DNA of 64,000 bases from Basidiobolus meristosporus CBS 931.73 (Eukaryota; Fungi; Basidiobolomycota): the NCBI GenBank assembly GCA_002104905.1, contig MCFE01000060.1, forward strand, positions 130,043-194,042, in the 5' to 3' direction. Positions 38,110 through 51,680 of the stretch are shown one piece after another; the stretch's first letter is position 1; every line of letters starts with the position of its first letter. Made by a program: the position numbers and the translations under genes. The notes below the pieces were generated by a model. The model was not told the origin of the DNA, searched no databases, and saw nothing but the letters and a program-made list of their open reading frames with translations.

Positions 38110-41100
38110 TGCCAAACCTTTTTAGAACTGTAGTTTTTTTTGTATACCTCCCTGTCTCAGGCTTAGGTAGACATCTTTCCCTTTACCTTTTCCTTTGTCA
38201 CTGCCTGGTCTTGCACTGCTACTTTGTCTGAGTGCACTTGTATTGAACTATGTTTTCTCCTTGATAAATTCTGCTCTAATACATCTATTTTGGTCTGCTT
38301 GTTCCTTGCTGGCACTCTCCTGGCAACTTGATATTTCTTTACCACTTGTTTGAGCTCTCAGCAGTAGTTGTGATGGGCTCCTGAGAAAGCAACTGGTTTT
38401 TATCACTGCCAGATCCTTAATTGCTACTTTGCCTGCATGCTTCTTGAGTGGTACTACACTTTTTCCTTGATAAATGTAGTGCTGGTGCATCTGTGTCTGC
38501 CTGCTTGTCCCTAATTGGCACTCTTCCAGCTACCTGACATCTTGTTGGCTCTTGTTTGAAGCTTTTGGCCCTGCTTTTAACAGGCTCTTAAGGAAGCCAC
38601 TGGTTTTTAGCCATGGCACCCATGTTCTTCTGCATTTGATAGTTTCTGCTATTCTTGAGATACTTTCTTAGCATACCAATACTGGCCAAAAATCTGCTTG
38701 CCTACTTGAACCCAGGATAATGCTCATTGAGCAAGTCAAGTGTATTCTGCATGGCCTAGAGTTCCTGATGGCCCCATGGTATATTGGCCTTAAGGTGATG
38801 GTATGCTAGACATCTAACAGTCTCTTGAATATTAGCCCACTCTTAATTATTGCACTCAAAGGCTTTTTGGATCTTCAATGTCTTTTGATTTTTAAGCTTC
38901 GGTATGTGCACTGCACAGTCTCCCTCTCAAGCTGTGATAGGTTTTTCTTTGGGCTTTATCTTTGGGCAATGTAGTTGTGCTTCAAAGACTGTATGGTGTA
39001 CCTCTGCTGTTTCATTGGGAAATGGCTCAATTATTGGCTGGGACATTGACCTACTTGAGTTTCTTCTTTGCAGCAAAGTTACTGCTTTTTCTACCTGGGA
39101 TATTCATTGCTCTACACATATTATCTGCTCATCTTGTTTCTGGAGTATTTCCTGAATACTCTAGGCCATTGCATCTGTGATATCAGCCACTGCACCTAAT
39201 TACTTCATTAATGCTTTGGTATTAGCTGACAACATACCTGCTAATATGGGTGATGATGATGTTTTGGCAGTCACTTGCTTGTCTTCAGCTGAAGGTACTG
39301 AGCTTGCTACACTCTCATCTGTCTGAGCATAATAGTTAGCTTGCGGCTCCACAGAGGTTCTCAATTGGCTATTTAACTGAGAGCCAGAGGAGTCTGCATT
39401 ATTGCCTTCAGTAGACACACTGCCAACATGGCCATTTTTGGATGTAGCCCTGCTTGTAGCACTGATTGTCAAAGCAAGCTGTTGTCCAATCATTCCTCTG
39501 CTGCCAACAGTAATGGGGTCTAGTTGAGAACTGGACAATTTGACATTATTTTTAGCGGCATATATATGGAAGTGAGTCAAGCCAAAGGGGAAATAGTGAT
39601 ACATATACATGGGTATCATCATTAAGTCTTACATTCATGTTGGTGCAAAGTCTTAAACTCAAGACTGTCTTTAGTTCTCATGAGTATTGACCAAAAAGTG
39701 ATATATTAGCATTACATTGTTGAAGGTCAAACTGTTTGCCCCATGGAAAAGACTACCTTGATTTAACACTATAAGAGAAGCAAATAAAGACCATGTGACC
39801 ATTGTAGCAAGCCTCTCAGCCATGAAGTATGCAGAAAGCTAGGAAGTATAGCAAGGATTATGGCCAGTGTTTTGCCACTTGTCATATTTGACCCTACATT
39901 AGTCTCTACTGTACTAACATTATCTTGCCAGCCAGTTGATACTTCTCAATTGGCACCTGGCTATCTTTGTAAACTTGCGCAAACTTATTCAGATGAGCTT
40001 ATGACACCTTTAGGCTTACCTCAGCCTTCTGAATATGGTATATAGAGTGATAGCTCTGACAAAGAAGGCTCACTGATGGATTGTGAGCCTATCTCTCCCA
40101 ACAACAGTGCCATGCATGAGCCCAGTCAGATCCCAATGTTCAATGAGACAGGACCCATTGAAGCAAATGCCAAGGATACTTTATGGAGCCAAGTGAGCCC
40201 AGTAATTCATCTACCAGTGAATAATGTAATGTTGCGGCTAGAGAAGTGCCATTTCCACTATTATCAGTGATAGGGGCTTTGAGGATTTACTTCTACTTCT
40301 TGCCAAAGTCATTCTGGAATGCAACTTGGCATGTACATGATATAAGTGGACAACCAACATGCAGCTGATAGCATATAACCTGGAGACTGTCCAGATCTCA
40401 GCACGTGTTAACAGTAGCATGGCATTCACACCAAAAATGCTATAACTGCAACATGTCCCAATTGTCAGAAATCCAGCACTATTGAGGGAAAGCAACATTG
40501 ACACTCTGGATGTATTCCAGTAATACCCATCTAAAGAGGCACTTACAGTCCAACAAATACTGCCAAGCTTAAAGTACTGCACTCAGTATCAATCAAGCTC
40601 AAACATATCCAATAGATTCAATGGCAAACATTACAAACAGCTAAGAAGCAGAGGCTACTTTGAAGGTATGTATGATCATGCCTCTGCTTTGGCACTTATT
40701 GAATTCTCATTAAGCAAGTACTCTACCTGCAAGTCCCGCTAGCCACTAATTCTCATCAACCTGAATCTGCCCCCTATCTTATGGTATCAGAGCCAAAATC
40801 TGATGGTAGTCTCACTAGTATCTGGGCCCAAATCACCTTTCTACCTGGATAGCAACCTGCATCTATTGCTGGATGAATTCTGCATGCATTCCAGCAGGAT
40901 AACAGTAAATGAATGCAACATCAAAGTGCATATTATTATCTGTATTGGAGTTACCCCAGCCATCAGCAAAATAGCTGGCTTCTCTGAGCCAATAGATGGT
41001 ATTGTTATCAAATGTGTGAGATCTAAGGGACTTACTCCATAACTCCCACATATTATGATTAACCAAGCACCAACTATAAGAACATTGTATTTCTGCACAG

Positions 41101-42904
41101 AGAACATGCAGAAGTCCGCATGCCACTGCAGCAATGTTGGCAAGCTATAAGCCGTTGGTCTTGATATGGAATTAATTGAAAATCAGAGGTATTTAAGATA
41201 GAGGGTATCTGTTGAGGCAAAAGCTTTCCACTGGGAGCAATGCATTTGCTTTTGAAAGTACCACTGTACTGATGACAAAGTTGTACATGGGCACCGCAAG
41301 GTAAATGAGCCCTTTGATGTACAGGAGAAACTTGAAGAACTGGCAAGATATTACTGAGTATCCATTAGCCTAAGTACTTCTCCCAGACTCCAATAAATAT
41401 TTATATGCAAATGCAATAATATAAGTGCAAAGATGGGATGAACTGGATAAGTATTTATTCAAGCAGTCTTCTGAAGACATTTCTACCAAGAGTACATTAA
41501 AAGCATTGGGAGTCATATGTGGACACTGTAGGAATATTAATCCAGAAGCAGATTACTGATGCCAGCTTGACGCATGTTCATCTCTTGTGCAATGAGTTTA
41601 TAATGGGATTTGAACAGCTATGCTGCAAGCATAGAGCTGAGTGCATAGATCTCTGCTGCTACTGTATCCATTCTCTACTCCATTTGCTTCTCCATATTGC
41701 TTGGTATGTTGAGAATATTGGAACTTGCTTCACCTTTTGGGATTTCTATGGAGCAGATGTGTTGGCACATAGGAAGAGAAGTCAAGTTGCAGGTACTACC
41801 ATATCCCAGTCTCATCAACAACACTGCCTTCAAGTCCATCATGAATCTGATGAGTTGGCACATGGAGGACAGCCAGGAGGGTTTGGAAAGTACCAACAAC
41901 AGATGTGCACATGGGGACACCTTTGCCTTTGGCATTAAAAAACAAAGCAGCCACAATGCATGGGTGGTCAGTTAGTAATGAAAAGTTGGGTTGGGCACAG
42001 CAGGCAACCAATTTTTATTAGGAATGCTCTACTAAGGTATGTTGGATCTCTCTTGGTCACAAGCAAACTTCTATTTCATTCAATACAGAATTCACACAAA
42101 TAAGAGCCATAACTCACCCATAAGGGGGACCAGAATCTAACAGGGAGAAGGAATATAATTGCTAGGTACCAAAAAGTTCTTTGCAGATATTCAGGAGGTA
42201 TTCATGGCAGAAGTGGTGGGAACTAGGCATATGTTTGAAAGATGCATTTGTTACCAGCAATACAAGGTATATGGCAACTTTGCAAGTGTCACCAAAAAGC
42301 TGCAAAGTTGAGGTAAGAGTGGTATGTCAATTGCAGTAGGTGTGCATGTTTGTAGAGGTTAGTAAGCAGGAGGTCATAGTATTTTTAGATTCAAACAATA
42401 TGTGGAATACCCAAGGTAGTAGTGGGTAAGCAAATTAAGAAGGGTGATTCTACAGTGGAATATATGGATTGCGCAAGGGGAGGTAGATATAGGACTTACC
42501 ATTTGGTAAATTGGTATGGTAGCATTATACAGAGCTAGCTGTAATATATCATACTGCCTTAATAATACCTTCAGAGGCCTGCAATGAGGCTGTCAAAAAA
42601 CTATTAAGTTTTTTGCCACATTAGTCAATTGGATGTACTGGCCAGTTCAATGCACTCAAGTAGGTGTTGTGCATGCCAGGACTGTGACAATGCCATGGCA
42701 CCCTTAGTATACTACCATACAAACACTGTTATGGCTTTTAACTTTATTTGGCTGTAAGATTAGCCAATGACCATTGTGATCCCATTATAAGAATGTATAT
42801 GATCATTAACTCCAAGCTGCTGGCGTTATAGTTGTCTCCTGATGGTATCTTGATGGTTGATCCAGATTGTATCCACCTGTGAGACCAAATTATTTTTCAT
42901 AGGG
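38110..42904 (+). mobile_element. CACTA/CMC-like copy C2b (second gene on minus ~38110-39620; transposase on plus ~39743-42400; TIR ends 42904)
   Basis: Inverted homolog of 45326-50745; TTTTTCATAGGG at 42893-42904. Confidence 0.87.
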
Positions 42905-42939
42905 TAGCAAGTATATTGTTAGCTAATGCTAAAGCACTA

Positions 42940-45243
42940 ATGCTGCAATTAGGTGCAGTGGCTTATAGAATAGTTACAATGGGCTAGAGAAATCAGGAAA
43001 GAGTCCAGAGACAGGATGACCTCATAATATGTGTAGAGCAATTGTTATCCCAGGTAGAGAATGCAGTATCTTTACTGCAAAGAAGGAGATTAAGTAACTC
43101 AATGTTGTAGACCACAATTGGGCCATTTCCCAATGTGACAGCAGAGTAACCCCTTACAGTCTCTGAAGTACAACAACAGTGCCCTGAATTAAGCTCACAG
43201 AAAAATGTATCACAGCCTGGGAGGGAGGGACTGTGATATTTATATCACATACTAAAAGTGACAAGACATGGAAGATCTGTGAAGCCTTTGAGTGCAGTGG
43301 TCAGGAGTGGGCTAATATTCAAGAGGCCATCAGAAGTCTAGTATGTCATCACCTTAAGGTCAGTACACCAGGGGACCACTAGGAACTCAAGGCAAAGCAG
43401 ACTGCACTTGGTTGGCTCTTTGACCATCATCTTGGACTTAAACAAGCAAGCAGATTTGGGCCTGCATTGGTATGCTAAGAAAACTTCTCATGAATTTAAG
43501 AATCTATCAAGGGCAGAAAAACTAGGGAGTCACAGCTAAAAACCAGTGCCTTCCTCATAATCTGTCACAAGCAGGGCTACAAGCTCTAAACAAGCAATTA
43601 AGAAGCATCAGGTGGCTGGTAGGGTAATGGTAAGGGAAAAGCAGGCAGCAACAGGTGCATTGGTGCATAATTTATCAAGGAAAAGACTCGGTTCTATACA
43701 AAGAGCACCCAGTTAAAGTGGTAGTGAACCTGCAGTGATAAAAACCAGGGGCTTCCTCAGGATTCTGTCATCAGAAGGGCTGAAAGCTCACAACAGGCAG
43801 TTAAGAAATGTCAGGTAGCAGGAAGGGTGTTGATCAGGAACAGGCAGGTAGAAACAGATGCACTGGTGCAGACATTGTCAAGTAGAAGATGTGGCTCAAT
43901 ACAAGAAGCACTCAGTCAAAGTACTAATGAAAGACAAGGCAGTGAGAGATGTACAGGCAAAGGGAAACAAGTCTACCCAAGTCAGAGACAGCAAAGCACA
44001 AGAAAAAAGCTGCTGCTATCACTAACTGACACTGTCAGCCCAGAACAGGCTGTATCCCATGATAGACCCAAATAATACCTACAAGACAACGGCTGCTTTC
44101 TTATGAGTGAAAGCACAGCCAATTGAGCTACACTCCAGTGAGGAGGATGAACTTGCAGAGAAGACAACTAGTCTATCATGCCTCTGTATCCTTGATTGTG
44201 GAAGGAGTGGATATCCCACTGACAGATGAAGCAACAACATCAATAACTTGGATGACATGATAATGCCTACACTAGAACTTAAGAACCACACTAGGCACAT
44301 CAAATTGTTGCAGCACTTCTTCAAGAGCAGTGCTCAAGAAAACACACTTGTATATATTGTAAAGATTTGCAATTCCAGTCAGGTATTCACCTAGCTTAGT
44401 CACTTAGATCATTACCTTCAAATCCTAGAGAATACTGACCAAAATTCTTGTTGGGATTTACCAAGAATGTTATCACCAAAATATCAGGTACCCAGAACAT
44501 GAGAAGTGTCAAAGTTTTCAAACAGCCCCAGACTTTGCACACATGCTCTTAGGACCTTCTTTAACCTATTCTATGTGCTTTTTATGCCAAGAACATGTAA
44601 AAGTATAGATACTACTTCCACATTCAGTAGGTGATTAAGTGAAAACCATAAAATCTACTTGTTCTATCATTCACTTCAATTATCTCCAAGACTCTTACAA
44701 CAGAATATTACAAGGACTTACTGCAGTGACTGGCTGATGAGTTGCTAGACCTGGCAGTGTGGCTGAATACCAGGATATATGGGAACCAGTGAATGAACAG
44801 TGACATAAAGCCATAGGGTTTTTGCTAAAGTTATGGAAACTGGGTGTTACAGCACAGATACTTATTGAGTGGTGATTTTAATGGAGTTACTTATTGAGTG
44901 TGGGGTTGGGCTTAGTGTTAGTGTAAGGCATAAGGACTTGTATAGGTAGGTACAGTTGAAAATTAATTCACATCTGAGGATTGAAAGAAAAATAACTAAA
45001 ATGTATTCATCAAAAGAAATAGCATTGGGATCAGAGAGTGCAAGAATTTATATAGAACCAATCAAAAGCCACTTTTGTGTTATTGTAAAGACAAACTCTG
45101 ACCAAGTTTTTTGTGATGTTGGAGGTGCAATTTTTTCTACAATCTTTGCATGGTGTCCTCAAGACATTGATACCTCCTAGTTCTGGCATTCAAATCTTGT
45201 GATGGCCTTTTGACAGGATCATTGCAATTATTTTCCATAGGGG
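42940..45243 (+). mobile_element. CACTA/CMC-like copy C3 (truncated; second gene and right end)
   Basis: Collinear with 48980-51680; ends GCCTTTTGA...TTTTCCATAGGG like the other right ends. Confidence 0.82.
44355..44702 (+). mobile_element. Solo LTR of Copia family D (348 bp) inside C3
   Basis: Homologous to and the same length as 53522-53869; flanked by GTATA/GAATA; absent at the equivalent C4 site. Confidence 0.8.
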
Positions 45244-45325
45244 GCTATATATCCTAAAGATAGGAGCTATGGCACAATACCTTGCAATTCTACTTCATCA
45301 GAGGCATGTTATGATTATTATTTAA

Positions 45326-48300
45326 CCCTATGAAAAATGATTTGGTCCTGTGTGTGGATCTAATCCAGATCAGCCATCAGGATCCTGTTTAGAGACCATC
45401 ATAATACCAGCAGCTTGGAATTAGTGACCCTCTTAACAATCTTATGATGGGATCACAACTGTGTTTTGCAAATTTTACAACCAAATAAAGGGATAAAACT
45501 TCACCAGATTTTATTGGTGCTGTGACAATAATTGCATGTTGTTGTTGCGGTCTTTTAGCACTCTACAACTATTTTCAGTGGATTCAACTGGCCAGGACAT
45601 CCAATTGCCTTATGTGGAAAGAAACTTGACAGTATTTTGATGGCCTTACAGCAAGACTCTGATGGCTTTACATTGGCAATGTGATGGTGCACAGCTGGTT
45701 CTGCATAATGCTACTGTACCAATTTACCAAATGGTATTTCCTTTTTCTACCTCCCCTTGCGCAATCCATATATTCCACTGTAGAATCACCCTTCTTAATT
45801 TGCTTACCTACTACTACTTTGGGTATTCTACCTATAGTTCAAATCAAAAAATTCTATGGCCTCTTGCTTACTAACCTCTACAAATGTGCACACCTGCCAC
45901 AATTGACATACTTCTATCACCTCAACTTTACAGCTTTTTAGTGTGATACTTGCAAAGTTGCCATATACCTTGTACTGCTGGTAACATATACATCTTACAA
46001 ACATATGCTTGGTTGTTGCCACTTCTGCCATAAATACCTCCTGAATATCCACAATGAACCTCTTGGAATATAGCCAATATATTCCTTCTCCCTGCTATAT
46101 TCTAGTCCCCCTTGTAGGTGTGCTCTGGCTTTTGTTTGTGTGAGTTGCATATTGAATGGTGTAGAAGTTGGCTTGTGAGCATGAGAAGTCTGGCATACCT
46201 TGGTAGAGTTTTCCTCATAATAATCAGTTTTGTGTTGCACCCAACCCAACTTTGCATTACTTAACTGATTACCCACACATTGGGGCTGCATAGTTTCTTA
46301 ATGCCATAGGCATAGGTGTCTCCATGCGCACAATTGTCCTCAGTATTTTCAAACTCTTCCTGGCTGTCCTGCATGTGCCAACTCATCACATCCATGACAG
46401 ACTTGAAGGTAATATTCTTGATGAGATTGGGATATGGTAGTACCTGCAACTTAACTTGTCTTCCTATCTCCCCACACATCTGCTCCACAGGAAACTCCCA
46501 AAAGGTGAAGCAAGGCCCAATATTCTCCACACACCATGCAAGATGGAGTAGAGAATGGATACAGTAGCAGCAGAGATCTACATGTTCAGCTTTATGTTTG
46601 TAGTATTGCCGCTCAAATCCTGTCACAAACTCCTTGCACAACAGCCATAGATGCATCAAGTTAGCATTGGTGATCTGCTTCTGAATAAATATTCCTACAT
46701 TGCCCACATATGAACCCCAATGCTTCCAATGTACTCTTGGTAGGAATGGCTTCAGAATGCCACCTGAATAAAAACATATCTAGTTCATCCAGTCTGTGCA
46801 TTTGTACTGTTGCATAAGCATATGAGTATTAATTGGAGCCCATGAGAAGTACCAGGGTAGTGGATAATCTGTAATATCTTGCCAATTCTTGCAAATTTCT
46901 CCAGTATCTCAGAGGGCTCATTTAGCTTGAAATTCCCCTTGTACAACTTGGTCATCAGTATAGGGATATTGTTGAAAAGCAAATGCATTGCTCTCAGTGG
47001 AAAGCTTTTGCTCCAACTGATACCCTCTATCTTAAGTATCTCCAGTTTCCAAATGATCCCATATTCTGGCTAATAGCTTATAGCTTGCCAACTTTGCTGC
47101 AATTGCATGCTGACTTCTGTACATTCTCTCTGTGATAGATGATGTTCTCAGTGTTGGTGTTTGGGTAATATTAATGTGTGTGAGTTATGGAGTAAATCCC
47201 CTGGTTCTCACAATATGCACTTTTACATGCCAGACATTTACTGTTATTCCACTGGAAAGCATACAAAATTTATCCAGCAATGGATACAGGAAGCTATACA
47301 GGTTGGGCAGCAATTTAGGCCCATATACCAGTGAGACTACCATCAGATTATTGCTTTGATAGCATAAGATGAACAGCAGACTCAGATTGATGGGAATCAG
47401 TGGCCAGCAGGATTTGCTGGTAGAGTACTTGTATAATGAGAATCCATCAAGTGCTGAGGCAAAAGCATGGTCATACATACCTTCAAAGTAGCCCTTGCTT
47501 CTTAGCTGTTTGTAATGTTTGCCATCAAATACAATGGATATGTTTGCGCTTGATTGATACTGAGTGCAGTGCTATATAGCTTTGAAATATTTGTTGGACT
47601 GCATCAGCTTCCTCAGACAGCGTATGAACAGAATATATATGGAGTGTGAACAATGTTTTACCTCAATAGTGGTGAATTCCTGACAATCTGGACGGGTTGC
47701 ACTGGTAGCATTTCTGGTTGTGAATGCCATGCAACTGCTAACATGTGCTGGAATCAGGACAGTCTCTGGATCATATGTTGCTAGCCACATCATGGTTGTC
47801 CACTTGTACCATGTACATGGTAAGTTGCATCCTGGTATGATTTTGGCAAGAAGTAGTAATAAATCCACAAAGCCCCCATTACTGATATTAGTGGATATGT
47901 TCCACTTCTCTAGCCACAACATACATCATTCACCAGTAGATGGATTATGGGGCTCACTTGGCTCCATATAGTGTTGCTGGCATTTGTTTCAACATGTGTT
48001 GTCTCATTGCATAAAGGGATTTGACCAGGCCCATGTGTGGTACTGTTGTAAGGGGAGATAGGCTCAAAATCCATCAGTGAACCTTCTTTGTCAGCGCTAT
48101 CACTCTGTATGCCATATTTAGAAGGCTGATGTGAGCCTAAAGGTATCACAGACTCACCTGACTCAGTTTGTGTAAGGTGACAAAGATGGCCAGGTCCCAA
48201 TATAGAAGTATCAACTGACCAGCAAGATAATGTTGGTACGGTATTGACCAATGAATGGTCAAATATGACTTGGGTGGCAAAACGCTGGCTATGATCCTTG

Positions 48301-51300
48301 TAATACTTCCTATGCTGTCTGCTTGCTTCATGGCTGCCAGACTTGCCACAATAGCCACATAGTTTCTTTTCTCTTCTCTTACAGCATTGAGTCAAAGTAG
48401 TCTTGTCCATGGGGCAAACAGTTTGACCTTCAACAATGTAACTCTTTTATATCACTTTTTGGTCAATAGTCATGTGAGCTTAAGACAGTCTTGTATTTGA
48501 GACATTGCACCTACATGTATGTAAGTTTCAATGCTGACCCACCATAGTAAGCATTATAAGTAAAGTAGTGGCACCACATACACATGTATATGTAGCACTA
48601 TTTCCCCTTTGGTTTGACTCACTTCCATATATATGCTGCAAAAAAATAAAGCAAAGTTGTCTGGTTCCCAACCAAACCCCACCACCAATGGCAACAGAAG
48701 AATGGTTGAACAATAGCTTGCTTTGACATTCAGTACAACAAGCAGGGTTTCATCCAAAAAAGGCCCTGTGGACAGTGTGCCCATTGAAGGTAATAATGCA
48801 GACTCCTTGGGCTCTCAGTCAAGTAGGCAATTGAGAACCTCTGTGGAGCCACAAGCTGACCATTATGCTCAGGCAGATGAGAATGTAGCAACTGCAGTAC
48901 CCTCAGTTGAAGACCAGCAAGTGGCTGTCATAACATCACCACCACCCATATCAGCAAGTATGTTGTCAGCTCATACCAATGCATTAGTGAAGTAATTAGG
49001 TGCAGTGGCTAATAGCATAGATGCAATGGCCCAGAGAAATTAGGAAATTGTCCAGAAACAGGATGAGTGGATAATATGTGTAGAGCCATCAATATTGCTG
49101 GTAGAGAAAGCAGTATTTTTGCTGCAAAGAAGAAATGCAAGTAGCTCAATGTCACAGCAAATAATTGAGCTATTTCCCAGTGTAACAGCAGAGGAACACT
49201 GTACAGTCTTTGAAGCACAACAGTGCCTAAAGATATAGCCCACAGAAAAACCTATCACAGTGTGGGAGGGAGACAATGTGGAGATTATATTAAAGCCTAA
49301 AAATCAAAAGACCTTGAAGATCTGTGAAGCTGTTGTATTGGTGTCACAGTAACACCCACTGACAGATGTGCTCATTCCCACATTTTCTACATCCCTGTTT
49401 CTCTACTACACTTATTTTAGTTTTATCACATTTGTGTTACTTGATCAGTACTATCCCATAAGCTGGCTGACTATCACACCTGCTTACCTTATTGCATAAG
49501 TTATCCCTCACTTTATGTAAGATTACTATCTATAAGTGGTTCAATATTAGGCAACTACCTTCACCAGTACCTGTGAAACATGATCAAACCGTGTCACCAT
49601 CCCTACCATTTCTATACCATATATGGTGTCCCTATGTTACACAGGTTTCAAAGTAATGATTCAAGATTGGTTAGATGTGCTATGTCCCTTAAAACCTTCT
49701 TTTACCTGCTGGTGGAGCTTACAGTTGTTTTGACTTTGGAAGCTTTAGTACATTGTCTTCTCAAAGGATGCTAAGCCCAGCACATACTTCTGTTAAGACA
49801 CCCACTAAGTTAGGGATTGTGGCTCAGTAGTTTTTGCTTGACAAGCTTGTGGCTTTATTCTCCATCACATTAGATTAGAGACAGAGCCCAAGTATTCCTA
49901 GCCAGCTTTTGCCAGAGGTTATTGCACCCAGTGAACATCCAACACACAAAACACTTGAGAAGTGTTGGATGTATCTCTCCCTTGGACTTATACACCACCA
50001 CACTATTGAGTGCAATAATGAAGAGTGGGCTAATATTCAAGAGGCTGTCAGAAGTCTAGCACACCATCACCTTAAGGCCGGCATACCATGGGACCATCAG
50101 GAACTCAAGGCCAAGCAGAATGCACTTGACTTGTTCCATGAGCATTATTCTGGATTTAAACAGGCAAACAGAGTTTTGGCCAGCATTGGTATGCTAAGAA
50201 AGTATTTTTAAGAATAGCAGAAACTATTAAAGGCAGAACAAGAATGCCATGGCTAACAGCCAGCAGCTTCCTCAAGAGCCCATTACAAGCAGGGCTGAAA
50301 GCTCCAGACAAGCATCAAAGAGACGTCAGGTAGTGGGAAGAGTGCCAGTTAGGGACAAGCAGGCAGACACAGATGCACCAGCACAACATTTATCAAGGAA
50401 AAAGCGTAATACCACTCATGAAGCACCCAGTCAAAGTAGCAGTGAAGGACATAGCAGTGATAAAAGCCAGCTGCTTTTACAGGAGCCTATCACAACTATG
50501 GTTGAGAGCTCAAAACAAGTGGAAAAGTAACATCAGGTTGTCAGAAAAGTGCCAGCAAGGGGCAAGCAGGCCAAAATAGATGCATCAGAGCAGAATTTAT
50601 CCAGGAGAAAGTGTAGTTCTTTACAAGAAGCACCCAGACAAAGTAGCAGTGAAAGACCTGGCAGTGATAAAGGAAAAGGTAAAGGGAAGAATGTCTACCC
50701 AAGCCTGAGACAGGGAGGCATGCAAAAAAACTGCAGCACTCACCAATTAATGGTGCCAGCCTAGAGCAGACTGAATCCAATTATAGCCAAGAAAATTACC
50801 AACAAGAAAACAGCTATTTTCACAAGAGTTGGAAGCGCAGCCAGTTGAGCTACACTTCAGTTAGGTAGATGAGTTTCCTGAAAAAGGCAGTTTGTCTACC
50901 ACAGCCTCCACATCCTCTATTGTTGACACAGTGGAGATCCCACTGACAGACAAGGCTACAATTTCAAGAGCTTGAAAGACTATCACAATGCCTTAAGTGG
51001 AATTTTGGGACATTAATAGGCACACCAAGAGGTTGCAGTACTTCTTCAAGAGCAGTGCTCAAGAAAACGCACTGGAATATTGCAAGGATTTGTTGCAAAG
51101 ACTGGCAGATGAGGTGCTAGACCTTGCAGTGCTAGCTGAGCCAGGATGTGTGGGAACCAGTGAATGATTAGTGGCACAAAGCTGTTGGGTTGCCACCAAA
51201 GTTGTGGAACCAGAGCATTACAGCAGCAATACTTATTGAGTGGTGGATTTTAATGGAGTTACTTGTTGAGTGTGGGGTTGGGCTCAATGCTAGTGTAGGG

Positions 51301-51680
51301 TATTGGGACTTGTATAGGTCAATACAATTGGCAATTGAGGTACAACTGAAGTTTCAACAGAAATAAATCAATTTGTACAGATGAAAAGTAAGAGAGATGG
51401 TTGAGTCAGGAAGTAAGGAGTGTGAAAAAGAGGCAATGGGCAATCAATGAATACAAACATAGGAGGCAATAGAGTGTCTGGGATCAGAAAGTGCGCAAAT
51501 TGGCAGGGATCCACTTATATATTGTTGTGATGAAAAAATTTGACTAAGTTTTTTGTGAAATCTGGGGTGCAATTATTTTTCAACAGTCTCTGGACAGTGT
51601 CCTGATGAGATCAGTACCTCTTAGTCATGGGACTTTGTAATGGCCTTTTGATGGCATCATCTCAATAATATCTCATAGGG
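45326..51680 (-). mobile_element. Full-length decayed CACTA/CMC-like copy C4 (6.36 kb): Tnp2 transposase on minus ~45830-48410, second gene on plus ~48620-50770
   Basis: CCCTATGAAAAA at 45326 and TCTCATAGGG ending at 51680; N-terminal C/H cluster (CCKRREKKLCGYCG); ALDGFSLYKYSTSKSCWPL; LLHLAWCVENIGPCFTFWEFPVEQMCG. Confidence 0.88.
49331..50002. mobile_element. ~672 bp insertion with TG...CA ends in the C4 second gene; probable solo LTR of another family
   Basis: Absent from C2b and C3 (GAAGCCTTTGAGTGC is uninterrupted there); no clean TSD. Confidence 0.5.
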
